Positions 9,026 through 16,967 of a DNA stretch of 47,539 nt are shown piece by piece. Both the position numbers and the translations under genes were made by a program. The DNA is from Bacillota bacterium (GTDB lineage: Bacteria > Bacillota > Thermosediminibacteria > Thermosediminibacterales > Tepidanaerobacteraceae), in assembly GCA_023622055.1 (NCBI GenBank), contig JAMNZY010000040.1, positions 1 to 47,539 of the forward strand, written 5' to 3'. Each line of letters begins with the position of its first letter. Position 1 is the stretch's first letter. The notes below the pieces were generated by a model. The model saw only the letters and a program-made list of their open reading frames with translations. It did no database searches and was not told the origin of the DNA.

Positions 9026-10021
9026 ATGAGAAGATTACTCAATGATCCGTATGATGTTGTAGAGGAAATGTTAGAAGGCTTTTGCAGAGCCCACAGCGAA
9101 CATGTCCACCTCTATGAAGACGATGGCCGTGTGGTAGTTAGCAATCTTGCCCCAGTAAAAAACAAAGTAGGGGTAATTATCGGCGGAGGTTCCGGTCATG
9201 AGCCCTTGTTTCTAGGATATGTGGGCGAAAACTTTGCCGATGCAGCTGTAATAGGGAATATCAACACCTCTCCTTCTCCTGAATCATGCTACAATGCAGT
9301 AAAAGCTGTTGATGCTGGTCGCGGCTGTATATATCTCTATGGAAACTATGCTGGTGATGTAATGAACTTTGACATGGGAGCAGAAATGGCAGCAGAAGAT
9401 GGTATTAGAGTGGAAACAGTGACTATAACTGATGATGTATATTCATCTGAAAATATAGCCGACAGAAGGGGAGTTGCCGGAGATTTCTTCGTATTTAAAG
9501 CAGCAGCGGCAAAAGCTGCCATGGGAGCAGATTTGGACGAAGTTGTCGCAGCAGCCAAGAAAGCCAATGACAATACCAGGTCAATGGGGGTTGCCCTGTC
9601 ATCGGCTACACATCCTGCCACCGGCAGGGCCATGTTTGAACTGGCAGAGGGAGATATGGAAATCGGCATGGGAATCCACGGAGAGCCGGGAGTAAGGCGG
9701 GGAAAATTGCAAAATGCTGATAAAGTTGTTGACGAAATCATGAGCTATATACTGCCAGATTTGCCCTTTGAAGCAGGAGATGAAGTGGCGGTTTTAGTAA
9801 ACAGCCTCGGTGCCACACCCTTAATGGACCTACATATTTGCTATAGAAGGGTAGCTCAAATATTAGATGAGAAGAAGATTAAAATTTACTCCTCTCTTGT
9901 TGGGCCATATGCCACAACTATGGATATGTTTGGAATGTCCATTACTCTAATGAAATTAGACAGTGAACTAAAAGAACTGCTGGATTATCCATGCAATGCA
10001 CCTTATTATGTAAAAAAATAA
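9026..10021 (+). CDS. Second, divergent DhaK-family kinase subunit (possibly tetrose/erythrulose-specific)
   Basis: GGGSGHEPLFLGYVG, GNYAGD, RRGVAG, GIHGEPG; RBS GGAGG. Confidence 0.85.
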   Translation: MRRLLNDPYDVVEEMLEGFCRAHSEHVHLYEDDGRVVVSNLAPVKNKVGVIIGGGSGHEPLFLGYVGENFADAAVIGNINTSPSPESCYNAVKAVDAGRGCIYLYGNYAGDVMNFDMGAEMAAEDGIRVETVTITDDVYSSENIADRRGVAGDFFVFKAAAAKAAMGADLDEVVAAAKKANDNTRSMGVALSSATHPATGRAMFELAEGDMEIGMGIHGEPGVRRGKLQNADKVVDEIMSYILPDLPFEAGDEVAVLVNSLGATPLMDLHICYRRVAQILDEKKIKIYSSLVGPYATTMDMFGMSITLMKLDSELKELLDYPCNAPYYVKK

Positions 10022-10054
10022 TAAGCTAAAGCTTTTATGGAAAGGGGCCGCCAG

Positions 10055-10699
10055 ATGTATACAGACTGCATCTTAGGAAAAGATTATTTTTACCAAGTTA
10101 TTGAGAAAATAGCAGGCCTTATTGAAGAGAAGAGGGATTATCTGACAGAATTGGATGCCGCCATCGGCGATGCAGACCATGGCTTTAATCTGAGCATAGG
10201 GTTTCGGGAAGTATTGAAGAAAATGCCAGAATGGAAAGATAAGGATATAAAAGGTTTCTTTAGAAGTGTCGGCATGACGCTGCTTGGAAAAGTAGGTGGG
10301 GCCGCGGGGCCCCTTTATGGGAGTTTCTTTATGAAATTTGGTGAACCAGGCAGCGGCAAAGATGAAGTAACTTTTCAGGAATTATTTGAAATGTTTAAGC
10401 AAGGAGTGGAAGCTGTAGAGCAGCGAGGTAAGGCTATATTAGGAGAAAAAACCATGGTGGATGCTTTAAGGCCTGCCCTAAATGCCTTTGAAAAGGCCAT
10501 GAAGGAAAACTTAGAAGCGAAACAAGTTATGGAGGCATTTGTTGACGCCGCCAGACAGGGAGCTGAAGCAACGATAGATATGATTGCCAAAAAAGGTCGA
10601 GCCATGAGGCTTGGGGAAAGATCCAGAGGCCATTTGGATCCAGGAGCAGCTTCTTCAACTATGATTTTAGAGGTTTTTTTGGACTGTTTCCCCTTTTAA
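10055..10699 (+). CDS. Second DhaL-family subunit
   Basis: LTELDAAIGDADHG, GGAAGPLYG, GEKTMVDA, GRAMRLGERSRGHLDPGA. Confidence 0.85.
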   Translation: MYTDCILGKDYFYQVIEKIAGLIEEKRDYLTELDAAIGDADHGFNLSIGFREVLKKMPEWKDKDIKGFFRSVGMTLLGKVGGAAGPLYGSFFMKFGEPGSGKDEVTFQELFEMFKQGVEAVEQRGKAILGEKTMVDALRPALNAFEKAMKENLEAKQVMEAFVDAARQGAEATIDMIAKKGRAMRLGERSRGHLDPGAASSTMILEVFLDCFPF

Positions 10700-10783
10700 A
10701 AACAAGCTATGCCTTTGGAATGTCCAATATTAAATCGAAACCTACCCCTGACAAAGAGTATATATGAAAAAATGTGATGTATT

Positions 10784-10817
10784 TGGGAGGTGGGTATTCC
10801 TGCCTCCTACTTTTTTT
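10784..10817 (+). terminator. Terminator-like hairpin between dhaL2 and the TIM-family gene
   Basis: TGGGAGGTGGG-tatt-CCTGCCTCCTA (with G-U pairs) then C and T7. Confidence 0.55.
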
Positions 10818-10868
10818 AAAGGTATGCAAAGTGGTGAAGCAAAAATTATGATATAAATGAGGGGTTGC

Positions 10869-11690
10869 ATGGCTCGGACGGATATCTTATATATAGGCAC
10901 CAATACAAAGATGTACATGAATATTTATCAGACTGTAGATTTTCTGACAAAACTTCATGAGTTAACAAAAGACATTTCGCGAGACCAAATAAAGCTCTTT
11001 GTCAATCCATCATATACTGCCCTGGCCGCTGCTAGAAAATCAGTACCTAAAGAAAGTATTACAATTGGTGCTCAAAATATGTGTTGGGAAAAACAAGGGC
11101 AATTTACCGGTGAAATTTCTCCCCTGATGCTCAAAGAAGTTGGTGTGGAAATTGTCCAAATAGGTCATGGGGAACGCAGAACTATTTTCAAAGAGACCGA
11201 TGAAGAGGAAAACAGGAAGGTCCTTTGCGCCCTAAAACATGGCCTAACTCCGCTCCTATGTATTGGAGAAACTAGAGAACAGAAAGAAAAGAAAATTGCT
11301 GATGAAATTCTGAGGATACAACTAAAAATAGGTTTAAATCAAGTTACACCTGAACAATCTAAGAAGGTTTTAATTGCTTACGAACCCCTTTGGGCTATAG
11401 GAGTAGAAGGTACTCCCGCATCAAAGGAATATGCTGATGAAAGGCATAAAGTAATAAAAGAGGCCCTTGTGGAGATTTTTGGTAAAACTTACGGAAAAGA
11501 TATTCCCGTGCTTTATGGTGGCAGTGTCAACAACCAAAATGCTGCAGAACTTATATCCATGCCTCATATCGATGGCTTGTACATAGGCAGAAGTGCATGG
11601 GATGCAGAAAACTTTAACAAAATCATTCGCCTGGTATTGCCTATATTTATAAAAAGGCGTAAAACAAGGGAAACAGGGGCGATGCTCTAA
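10869..11690 (+). CDS. Triosephosphate isomerase family protein, non-canonical (L-erythrulose-1-phosphate isomerase-like)
   Basis: GTNTKM, GAQN, GQFTGEISP, IGHGERR, AYEPLWAIG, LYGGSV, GLYIGRSAW. Confidence 0.8.
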   Translation: MARTDILYIGTNTKMYMNIYQTVDFLTKLHELTKDISRDQIKLFVNPSYTALAAARKSVPKESITIGAQNMCWEKQGQFTGEISPLMLKEVGVEIVQIGHGERRTIFKETDEEENRKVLCALKHGLTPLLCIGETREQKEKKIADEILRIQLKIGLNQVTPEQSKKVLIAYEPLWAIGVEGTPASKEYADERHKVIKEALVEIFGKTYGKDIPVLYGGSVNNQNAAELISMPHIDGLYIGRSAWDAENFNKIIRLVLPIFIKRRKTRETGAML

Positions 11691-11724
11691 CATTTATTTA
11701 ATATAAAAGCAGAAACTGAAAATT

Positions 11725-11747
11725 AGACTGGCTTACCAGTCTTTTTT
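11725..11747 (+). terminator. Rho-independent terminator
   Basis: AGACTGG-ctta-CCAGTCT + T-run. Confidence 0.7.
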
Positions 11748-11951
11748 ATTTGTTTTAAAATCCTACATCCTTAAAATAAAGGATTTTGAAATCATACAAC
11801 GAAATACTATAATACTGTATCTTGAAATAAAGTTATTTATGTAATAAAATCTTTACTAAAACTTATAAGTTAGGTTACAATAAATATTATTATGATGCAT
11901 AGAACAAACAAACAGATACCACAGTTCCTTTCGTATAAAGGGGGGAGTATC

Positions 11952-12305
11952 ATGAAATCCATTTATGTAGCAGTAGTAGGTGTAGACAATTATTTTGGTT
12001 CCAAAATATTTAGGCCAGGGCAGATATTGCGGCTGGAAAAAGATTATGAAAATATTTATGACGGAGAAGCAATTATGGTTCTTTTAGACCCAGTGGGTAA
12101 AGTGGGCTACGTGGCTAACAGCACTAACACGGTTCCTTTAGGGTGTTGGAGTGCCGGACGACTGTATGACACATTTGAATCAACTGCTTATGCAGTTGTA
12201 AGGTTTGTGACAAAAGAGACAGTGATTGCTGAGATTTTGGAAAACGTGGAATTTCAGATATATATAGAAGAGGAAATTTATACACCAGAAGATTTTGAGG
12301 AATAA
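11952..12305 (+). CDS. Stand-alone HIRAN domain protein
   Basis: VAVVG..Y, LEKDYENIYDGEAI, KVGYVAN, SAGRLYD pattern; RBS GGGGGAG. Confidence 0.7.
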   Translation: MKSIYVAVVGVDNYFGSKIFRPGQILRLEKDYENIYDGEAIMVLLDPVGKVGYVANSTNTVPLGCWSAGRLYDTFESTAYAVVRFVTKETVIAEILENVEFQIYIEEEIYTPEDFEE

Positions 12306-12345
12306 GAAAGGGGCTAAAAAGAAACATAGGCAGGAGGCATTCTGT

Positions 12346-12741
12346 ATGCAAATAGTGACCATTGAAACAACAGAGCGCAATCAAATGATAGATATAACTT
12401 CAATGGTACAGGCAAAGGTGAAAGAATCTGGTATAAAAGACGGGATCTGCTATGTATTTGTGCCTCATACCACTGCAGCAGTTACCATCAATGAAAATGC
12501 GGATCCTGATGTTGTGCGAGATATTTTAAATATCCTCAGAAAGCTTATTCCCCATAAAGATGATTACAGGCATATAGAGGGTAACTCTGATGCCCATGTG
12601 AAGGCCGCCCTTATGGGCAATATTGCCACAGTTATTGTTAATGATGGAAAACTGGTTTTAGGTACGTGGCAGAGCCTGTTTTTCTGTGAGTTTGACGGGC
12701 CTAGAAGGAGGACCATAGTAATAAAAGTTATGGAAGACTAG
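12346..12741 (+). CDS. yjbQ: YjbQ/UPF0047 family protein (secondary thiamine-phosphate synthase activity)
   Basis: PHTTAAVTINENADPDV, HIEGNSDAHVK, LGTWQ, EFDGPR. Confidence 0.9.
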   Translation: MQIVTIETTERNQMIDITSMVQAKVKESGIKDGICYVFVPHTTAAVTINENADPDVVRDILNILRKLIPHKDDYRHIEGNSDAHVKAALMGNIATVIVNDGKLVLGTWQSLFFCEFDGPRRRTIVIKVMED

Positions 12742-13244
12742 TTTCCATTAGAGCCTCCGCTGCTGCCATTTCCCCGATGGTTTACTTGGTATACATAATA
12801 AACAATTGCAAATAATGCACCAGCAATGATGGGCTCCACATCGGCAACGGAGCCTTTGACATCCATTCCCACAAGGCCTCCTCCTAAGCGACCTATCGCC
12901 TGGCCGTCAGTTAAGTTAATGTCAACATCAAAACCAAATACAGGTCCACCACATCGACCATATACAGAATTATCACTAACCGTAAGTTCCAAGTTGTTGC
13001 CGTCTATCATTCCTCCTATTCGTATAGACAGGGAGTTTGGACTTAGACTTCCCTCTACACTCCTACCGATAATGGTTCCTCCTAACCTACCCTTTATAAA
13101 ACCTTTTTCCATGGAATAGGTTAAATTTATATCGTTTCCAAAAAACATGCCACCAATTCTGCCGGAAATTACTCCATTTTCCACAGTGGCATGGATATCA
13201 TATCCACCTATGGCGCCGCCCACTCTTCCTGAAATTGTTCCCAT
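12738..13244 (-). CDS. Hypothetical protein of six ~22-aa GR(I/L/V)GG repeats plus C-terminal hydrophobic helix
   Basis: 168-aa ORF with RBS AAAGGGGG; regular internal repeat argues it is coding. Confidence 0.75.
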   Translation of the reverse strand: MGTISGRVGGAIGGYDIHATVENGVISGRIGGMFFGNDINLTYSMEKGFIKGRLGGTIIGRSVEGSLSPNSLSIRIGGMIDGNNLELTVSDNSVYGRCGGPVFGFDVDINLTDGQAIGRLGGGLVGMDVKGSVADVEPIIAGALFAIVYYVYQVNHRGNGSSGGSNGN

Positions 13245-13291
13245 ATTCACATTACCCCCTTTATTAATGCAGAAACCCTTCCTACCTACCA

Positions 13292-13320
13292 TTGATATTA
13301 CAACAGATTACTGATATAAT
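13292..13320 (+). promoter_or_regulatory. SigmaA promoter of dinB
   Basis: TTGATA-17 bp-TATAAT with extended TG. Confidence 0.7.
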
Positions 13321-13327
13321 AAATACC

Positions 13328-13341
13328 GGAACACATGTTTG
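13328..13341 (+). promoter_or_regulatory. LexA (SOS/Cheo) box
   Basis: GAAC-ACAT-GTTT matches Firmicute GAAC-N4-GTTY just downstream of the dinB -10. Confidence 0.75.
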
Positions 13342-13354
13342 GAGATGGTGTTTT

Positions 13355-14587
13355 ATGCTTCCTATCTTACATGTGGATATGAACGCCTTTTATGCCTCCT
13401 GTCATCAGGCAAAAGACCCTAGCCTAAAAGGTAAGCCTATTTTAGTGGCAGGAGACCCTAAAAAGCGAACTGGCATTATATTGACCGCCTCTTATGAAGC
13501 CCGCAAATATGGAGTTAAGACGGCAATGCCTAATTGGCAGGCAAGGAAGCTATGCCCACATGCTATTTTTATAAAGCCGGACTATGATTTATATGTAAGG
13601 ACTAGCCAAAAGGTAATGGAGATTTTAGGGAGATTTACACCTTTAGTGGAGGTTTTCAGCATTGATGAGGCTTGGCTTGATGTAACCGGATGTGAAGGCC
13701 TTTTTGGCGATTCAGTAACCATTGCCCACAAAATTCAGGCTGCCATTAAGGCAGAATTAGATTTAATGTGTTCTATCGGAGTATCCAGCAATAAACTCTT
13801 AGCCAAAATGGCTTCAGACTTGAAAAAACCCAATGCCATTACGGTGCTATCTTCCCAAGATGTGCCAAAGATTCTCTGGCCATTGCCGGTAGATAAGTTG
13901 TTTGGTGTCGGCAGCCGCATGGCAAAGCGCCTAAGTCTCATGAACATAAAGACTATAGGTGATTTGGCTCAGGTTCCTAGAGAGCTCTTGGAGAGAGCTT
14001 TCGGCCTAAATGGAAGATACCTGCACTTTTGGGCAAATGGTATCGATACGAGCCCAGTAGACCCTCATTCTATGGACGATGCAAAATCCATGGGCCATTC
14101 GGTGACCCTGCCCAAGGATATAACTACATATGATGAAGCTGAAACAGTGCTGCTGTCTCTTTCAGAACAAGTTGGTCGGAGGCTTCGGCGGGAAAATTAT
14201 ATGGGCCGTACCGTTACCATTACTTTAAGAGATAATACATTTTGTACCATTACCCGTTCAGCCACCATTTCTTATACCAATAACACAGAAGATATCTACA
14301 ATTTGGCTAAAAAGCTCCTCCATTCCAACTGGGATGGAAAAACTCCTCTCAGACTCTTGGGTGTAAGCCTATCTCAGCTGGTAAAGGAATTTGAGCAAAA
14401 GTCTCTCTTTGACAATGATGAGAAAAAGCGAAAACTAAATAAGGTAATGGATGAAATAAAGGATAAATTTGGGGATGGAGCTATATTTCGAGCAAAGCTG
14501 CTAAAAGATGAAGAGCTAAATCGGCGAAAACTGGGCAAAAGTGACAACAATGCACCTGCTTTGAGAGGAATAAGGACAATGAAATAA
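13355..14587 (+). CDS. dinB: DNA polymerase IV (Y family)
   Basis: ILHVDMNAFYAS, ASYEARKYGV, SIDEAWLD, NKLLAKMASD..KP, LRLLGV. Confidence 0.95.
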   Translation: MLPILHVDMNAFYASCHQAKDPSLKGKPILVAGDPKKRTGIILTASYEARKYGVKTAMPNWQARKLCPHAIFIKPDYDLYVRTSQKVMEILGRFTPLVEVFSIDEAWLDVTGCEGLFGDSVTIAHKIQAAIKAELDLMCSIGVSSNKLLAKMASDLKKPNAITVLSSQDVPKILWPLPVDKLFGVGSRMAKRLSLMNIKTIGDLAQVPRELLERAFGLNGRYLHFWANGIDTSPVDPHSMDDAKSMGHSVTLPKDITTYDEAETVLLSLSEQVGRRLRRENYMGRTVTITLRDNTFCTITRSATISYTNNTEDIYNLAKKLLHSNWDGKTPLRLLGVSLSQLVKEFEQKSLFDNDEKKRKLNKVMDEIKDKFGDGAIFRAKLLKDEELNRRKLGKSDNNAPALRGIRTMK

Positions 14588-14650
14588 TAATTTATTTGAA
14601 AATAATTGCCAATACGGTATAATAACAATAATTGAAGGTTTTAATAAAGG

Positions 14651-15643
14651 ATGAAATTGATGACATGGAAAAATGAGTTGGATATATTTAAAAACAAATT
14701 TAAATTAATAGCCTTGGATGTAGATGGCACTCTTATAAATGATGATCACATAGTTACTCCACGGACCCTGAAAGCAATTGAGAAGGCAAAGGAATTAGGT
14801 ATAAAAGTAACCATAGCCACAGGTAGACATTATCCCAGTGTTATAAGGTTGGCACGAAAAATTCAAATAAATGCACCATTGATATGCTGCGATGGTGCAG
14901 TTATCAGTGACATATATACCAATGATTCCATTTATCACTTGCTGCCCCAGGACATAGCCGTGGATGTAATGAGAATGACGCAAAGTTATGAGAATTTTGC
15001 CGTGCAAGTTTTTATTAAGAATGGAAAAATTTATACCGGTCATAGTTATCGAGGGGATTTTATTAAAAAATTTTTAAGGGCACCAGTTAAGCGCTCTTTA
15101 AAAGGGTATGTAAATCTGCTGAGGGATTTTGTTTTAATACCTGTTCAAAACACGGGAAATACCAAGGGTGCTATTGCGGCACTAAGTGAGTCTCCGGCAA
15201 AGTTAGTGGTTTACGGCAACGAAAGACTTGAAGATTTGGAGGAATTCAAAGAAAAAATTTTAGCTAGATATGGAGACAAGATTTCAATAACATCTTCTAT
15301 AAAAAACACCATTGATATTTTAAAGGGTGGAATATCAAAGGCTGCTGGTCTAAACATACTTGCTGAAAAATTAGGCATAAAGCGGGATGAGATAATAACT
15401 GTAGGAGATAATTATAATGACTTGGAAATGATAAAGTATGCCGGATTGGGAGTTGCCATGGGCAATGCACCTGAACAGGTGAAAAACAAAGCAGATTATG
15501 TAACAGACACCAATAACCAAGAGGGATTGGCCAAATTTTTGGAAAAGCTTATTTCAGTTCAGATAAAACAGAAAAAACTTGTTTCTTGCCAAACAAAAAC
15601 ATCCACTTGTGAAAAGAGGACACAAGGGCATGCTCTTCTTTGA
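14651..15643 (+). CDS. Cof-type HAD-IIB hydrolase
   Basis: ALDVDGTL, IATGR, ISKAAGL, VGDNYNDLEM, AMGNA. Confidence 0.9.
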   Translation: MKLMTWKNELDIFKNKFKLIALDVDGTLINDDHIVTPRTLKAIEKAKELGIKVTIATGRHYPSVIRLARKIQINAPLICCDGAVISDIYTNDSIYHLLPQDIAVDVMRMTQSYENFAVQVFIKNGKIYTGHSYRGDFIKKFLRAPVKRSLKGYVNLLRDFVLIPVQNTGNTKGAIAALSESPAKLVVYGNERLEDLEEFKEKILARYGDKISITSSIKNTIDILKGGISKAAGLNILAEKLGIKRDEIITVGDNYNDLEMIKYAGLGVAMGNAPEQVKNKADYVTDTNNQEGLAKFLEKLISVQIKQKKLVSCQTKTSTCEKRTQGHALL

Positions 15644-15654
15644 TTATTGCAGCA

Positions 15655-15695
15655 AAGAGCCCATGACACATACGTCATGGGCTCTTATATTTTTT
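15655..15695. terminator. Terminator between convergent cof and ATP-grasp genes
   Basis: AAGAGCCCATGAC-acatac-GTCATGGGCTCTT 13-bp perfect stem. Confidence 0.8.
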
Positions 15696-15705
15696 CAAAA
15701 GCTAG

Positions 15706-16740
15706 TTATGAAGTCAAGGCGTGGGGCTTATCAAGTTTATATCGCTTTATGGCGTATTTGACAATACTTCCTATGAATTCGGCTGCTGTCATGTTTTCAG
15801 CTTCGTATTTGACAATACTTCCTATGAATTCGGCTGCTGTCATGTTTTCAGCTTCAGCCATATAACCCATATAACCATTATGGGCTTTCCCCGTAGACAT
15901 GGTGAGGCCAGCGAAGGTGTTTAGCTCTAAAAAATAAGGAGTTCCATCTTCTGCAAGAATCATGTCTATGCGGCCAAAATCTTTGGCATTTAAGACTTTG
16001 TATATCTTTATTGCCGTGTCTTTTATCCTTTTTGCTTCTTCTTTTGTTAGATCTGCGGGACAGTGAATGATTTCATTGTCTAACATTTTGTGTTCATAAG
16101 TATTTGTTATGGTTGAGTTATATTGGATTTCAAGGATTGGTAACACTCGGGGATTATCATTGCCTATTATACCTACAGTGATCTCTCTGCCCTTTATGAA
16201 TTCTTCCACTAAAGCGGCTTGACCTATCTTTTGAGTGATCTTTTCCACTACCTTTGGCAGTTCTTCCGGATGATTTACCACATTTTCTTCACTGATTCCG
16301 GCACTTCCCCGACCTCTGACTGGTTTTACGAAGAGTGGATATTTGAGCGAATGTTCAGGAATTTCTCTTGAATTTGACACTACGAAGAATTTTGGTGTGG
16401 GCAAGTTGTGATAAGCAACTAATTTTTTGCGAGCTGCTTTACTGGTAGCAACCAAGTCAATACCTGACCCCACAAAGGGGATACCGTAGGCTTCCAGAAA
16501 GGCTACTTCTTTAAGGGATGAGGCGTTAAATACAATATCTATCTTTTGAGAAATAAGTTCCTTTAGCGTTTCATTGGGGTCTTTTTTCCATTGAATTAAA
16601 GCAGCATCAAAACCCGCTTCTTTAAGAGCAGTCATATGTTGAAAGGCCTCATCGTAAGCGTCGTCGTAGATGTTTTCCAGGGAGATTCTTTTTTGCAGCT
16701 CTACATTTCTATATTTGCGCCAGAATACTCCTACCTTCAA
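15706..16740 (-). CDS. D-Ala-D-Ala ligase-like ATP-grasp peptide ligase
   Basis: LEAYGIPFVGSG, YPLFVKP, GSAGI, LVEEFIKGREITVG, GRIDM, FLELNT; TTG start after GAGGTGGAG. Confidence 0.8.
   Translation of the reverse strand: MKVGVFWRKYRNVELQKRISLENIYDDAYDEAFQHMTALKEAGFDAALIQWKKDPNETLKELISQKIDIVFNASSLKEVAFLEAYGIPFVGSGIDLVATSKAARKKLVAYHNLPTPKFFVVSNSREIPEHSLKYPLFVKPVRGRGSAGISEENVVNHPEELPKVVEKITQKIGQAALVEEFIKGREITVGIIGNDNPRVLPILEIQYNSTITNTYEHKMLDNEIIHCPADLTKEEAKRIKDTAIKIYKVLNAKDFGRIDMILAEDGTPYFLELNTFAGLTMSTGKAHNGYMGYMAEAENMTAAEFIGSIVKYEAENMTAAEFIGSIVKYAIKRYKLDKPHALTS
15753..15855. repeat. Exact 51-bp tandem duplication inside the ATP-grasp gene
   Basis: CGTATTTGACAATACTTCCTATGAATTCGGCTGCTGTCATGTTTTCAGCTT at 15753-15803 and 15804-15854. 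Confidence 0.95.
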
Positions 16741-16813
16741 TCTTACTCCACCTCTCTTTATTTATTTTTTAATGTACAGAAAAAAGCTCCTATGCGCTTA
16801 GGAACTTATATAA

Positions 16814-16842
16814 ATTATACCATATTTTAAAGTTTTCAGCAA
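16814..16842 (-). promoter_or_regulatory. SigmaA promoter of the ATP-grasp gene
   Basis: Minus strand TTGCTG-17 bp-TATAAT with extended TG. Confidence 0.6.
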
Positions 16843-16967
16843 AACTACCTTATGTTGGAAATCAAAGGACAGTTTTGGCAGTTATTGAGATAAATTTTAA
16901 TTTTTAAAATCCATTTGTTATAATATAACTACCAAAGTAAGACAAATGTGAGAGGTGTAAAAATTTT

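Noticed and set aside
10700-10780. Short ORF MPLECPILNRNLPLTKSIYEKM after dhaL2 as a gene remnant
   Set aside because: No RBS and no recognisable similarity
15753-15855. Tandem repeat as a CRISPR array
   Set aside because: Two abutting copies, no spacer, in-frame within a CDS, no cas genes
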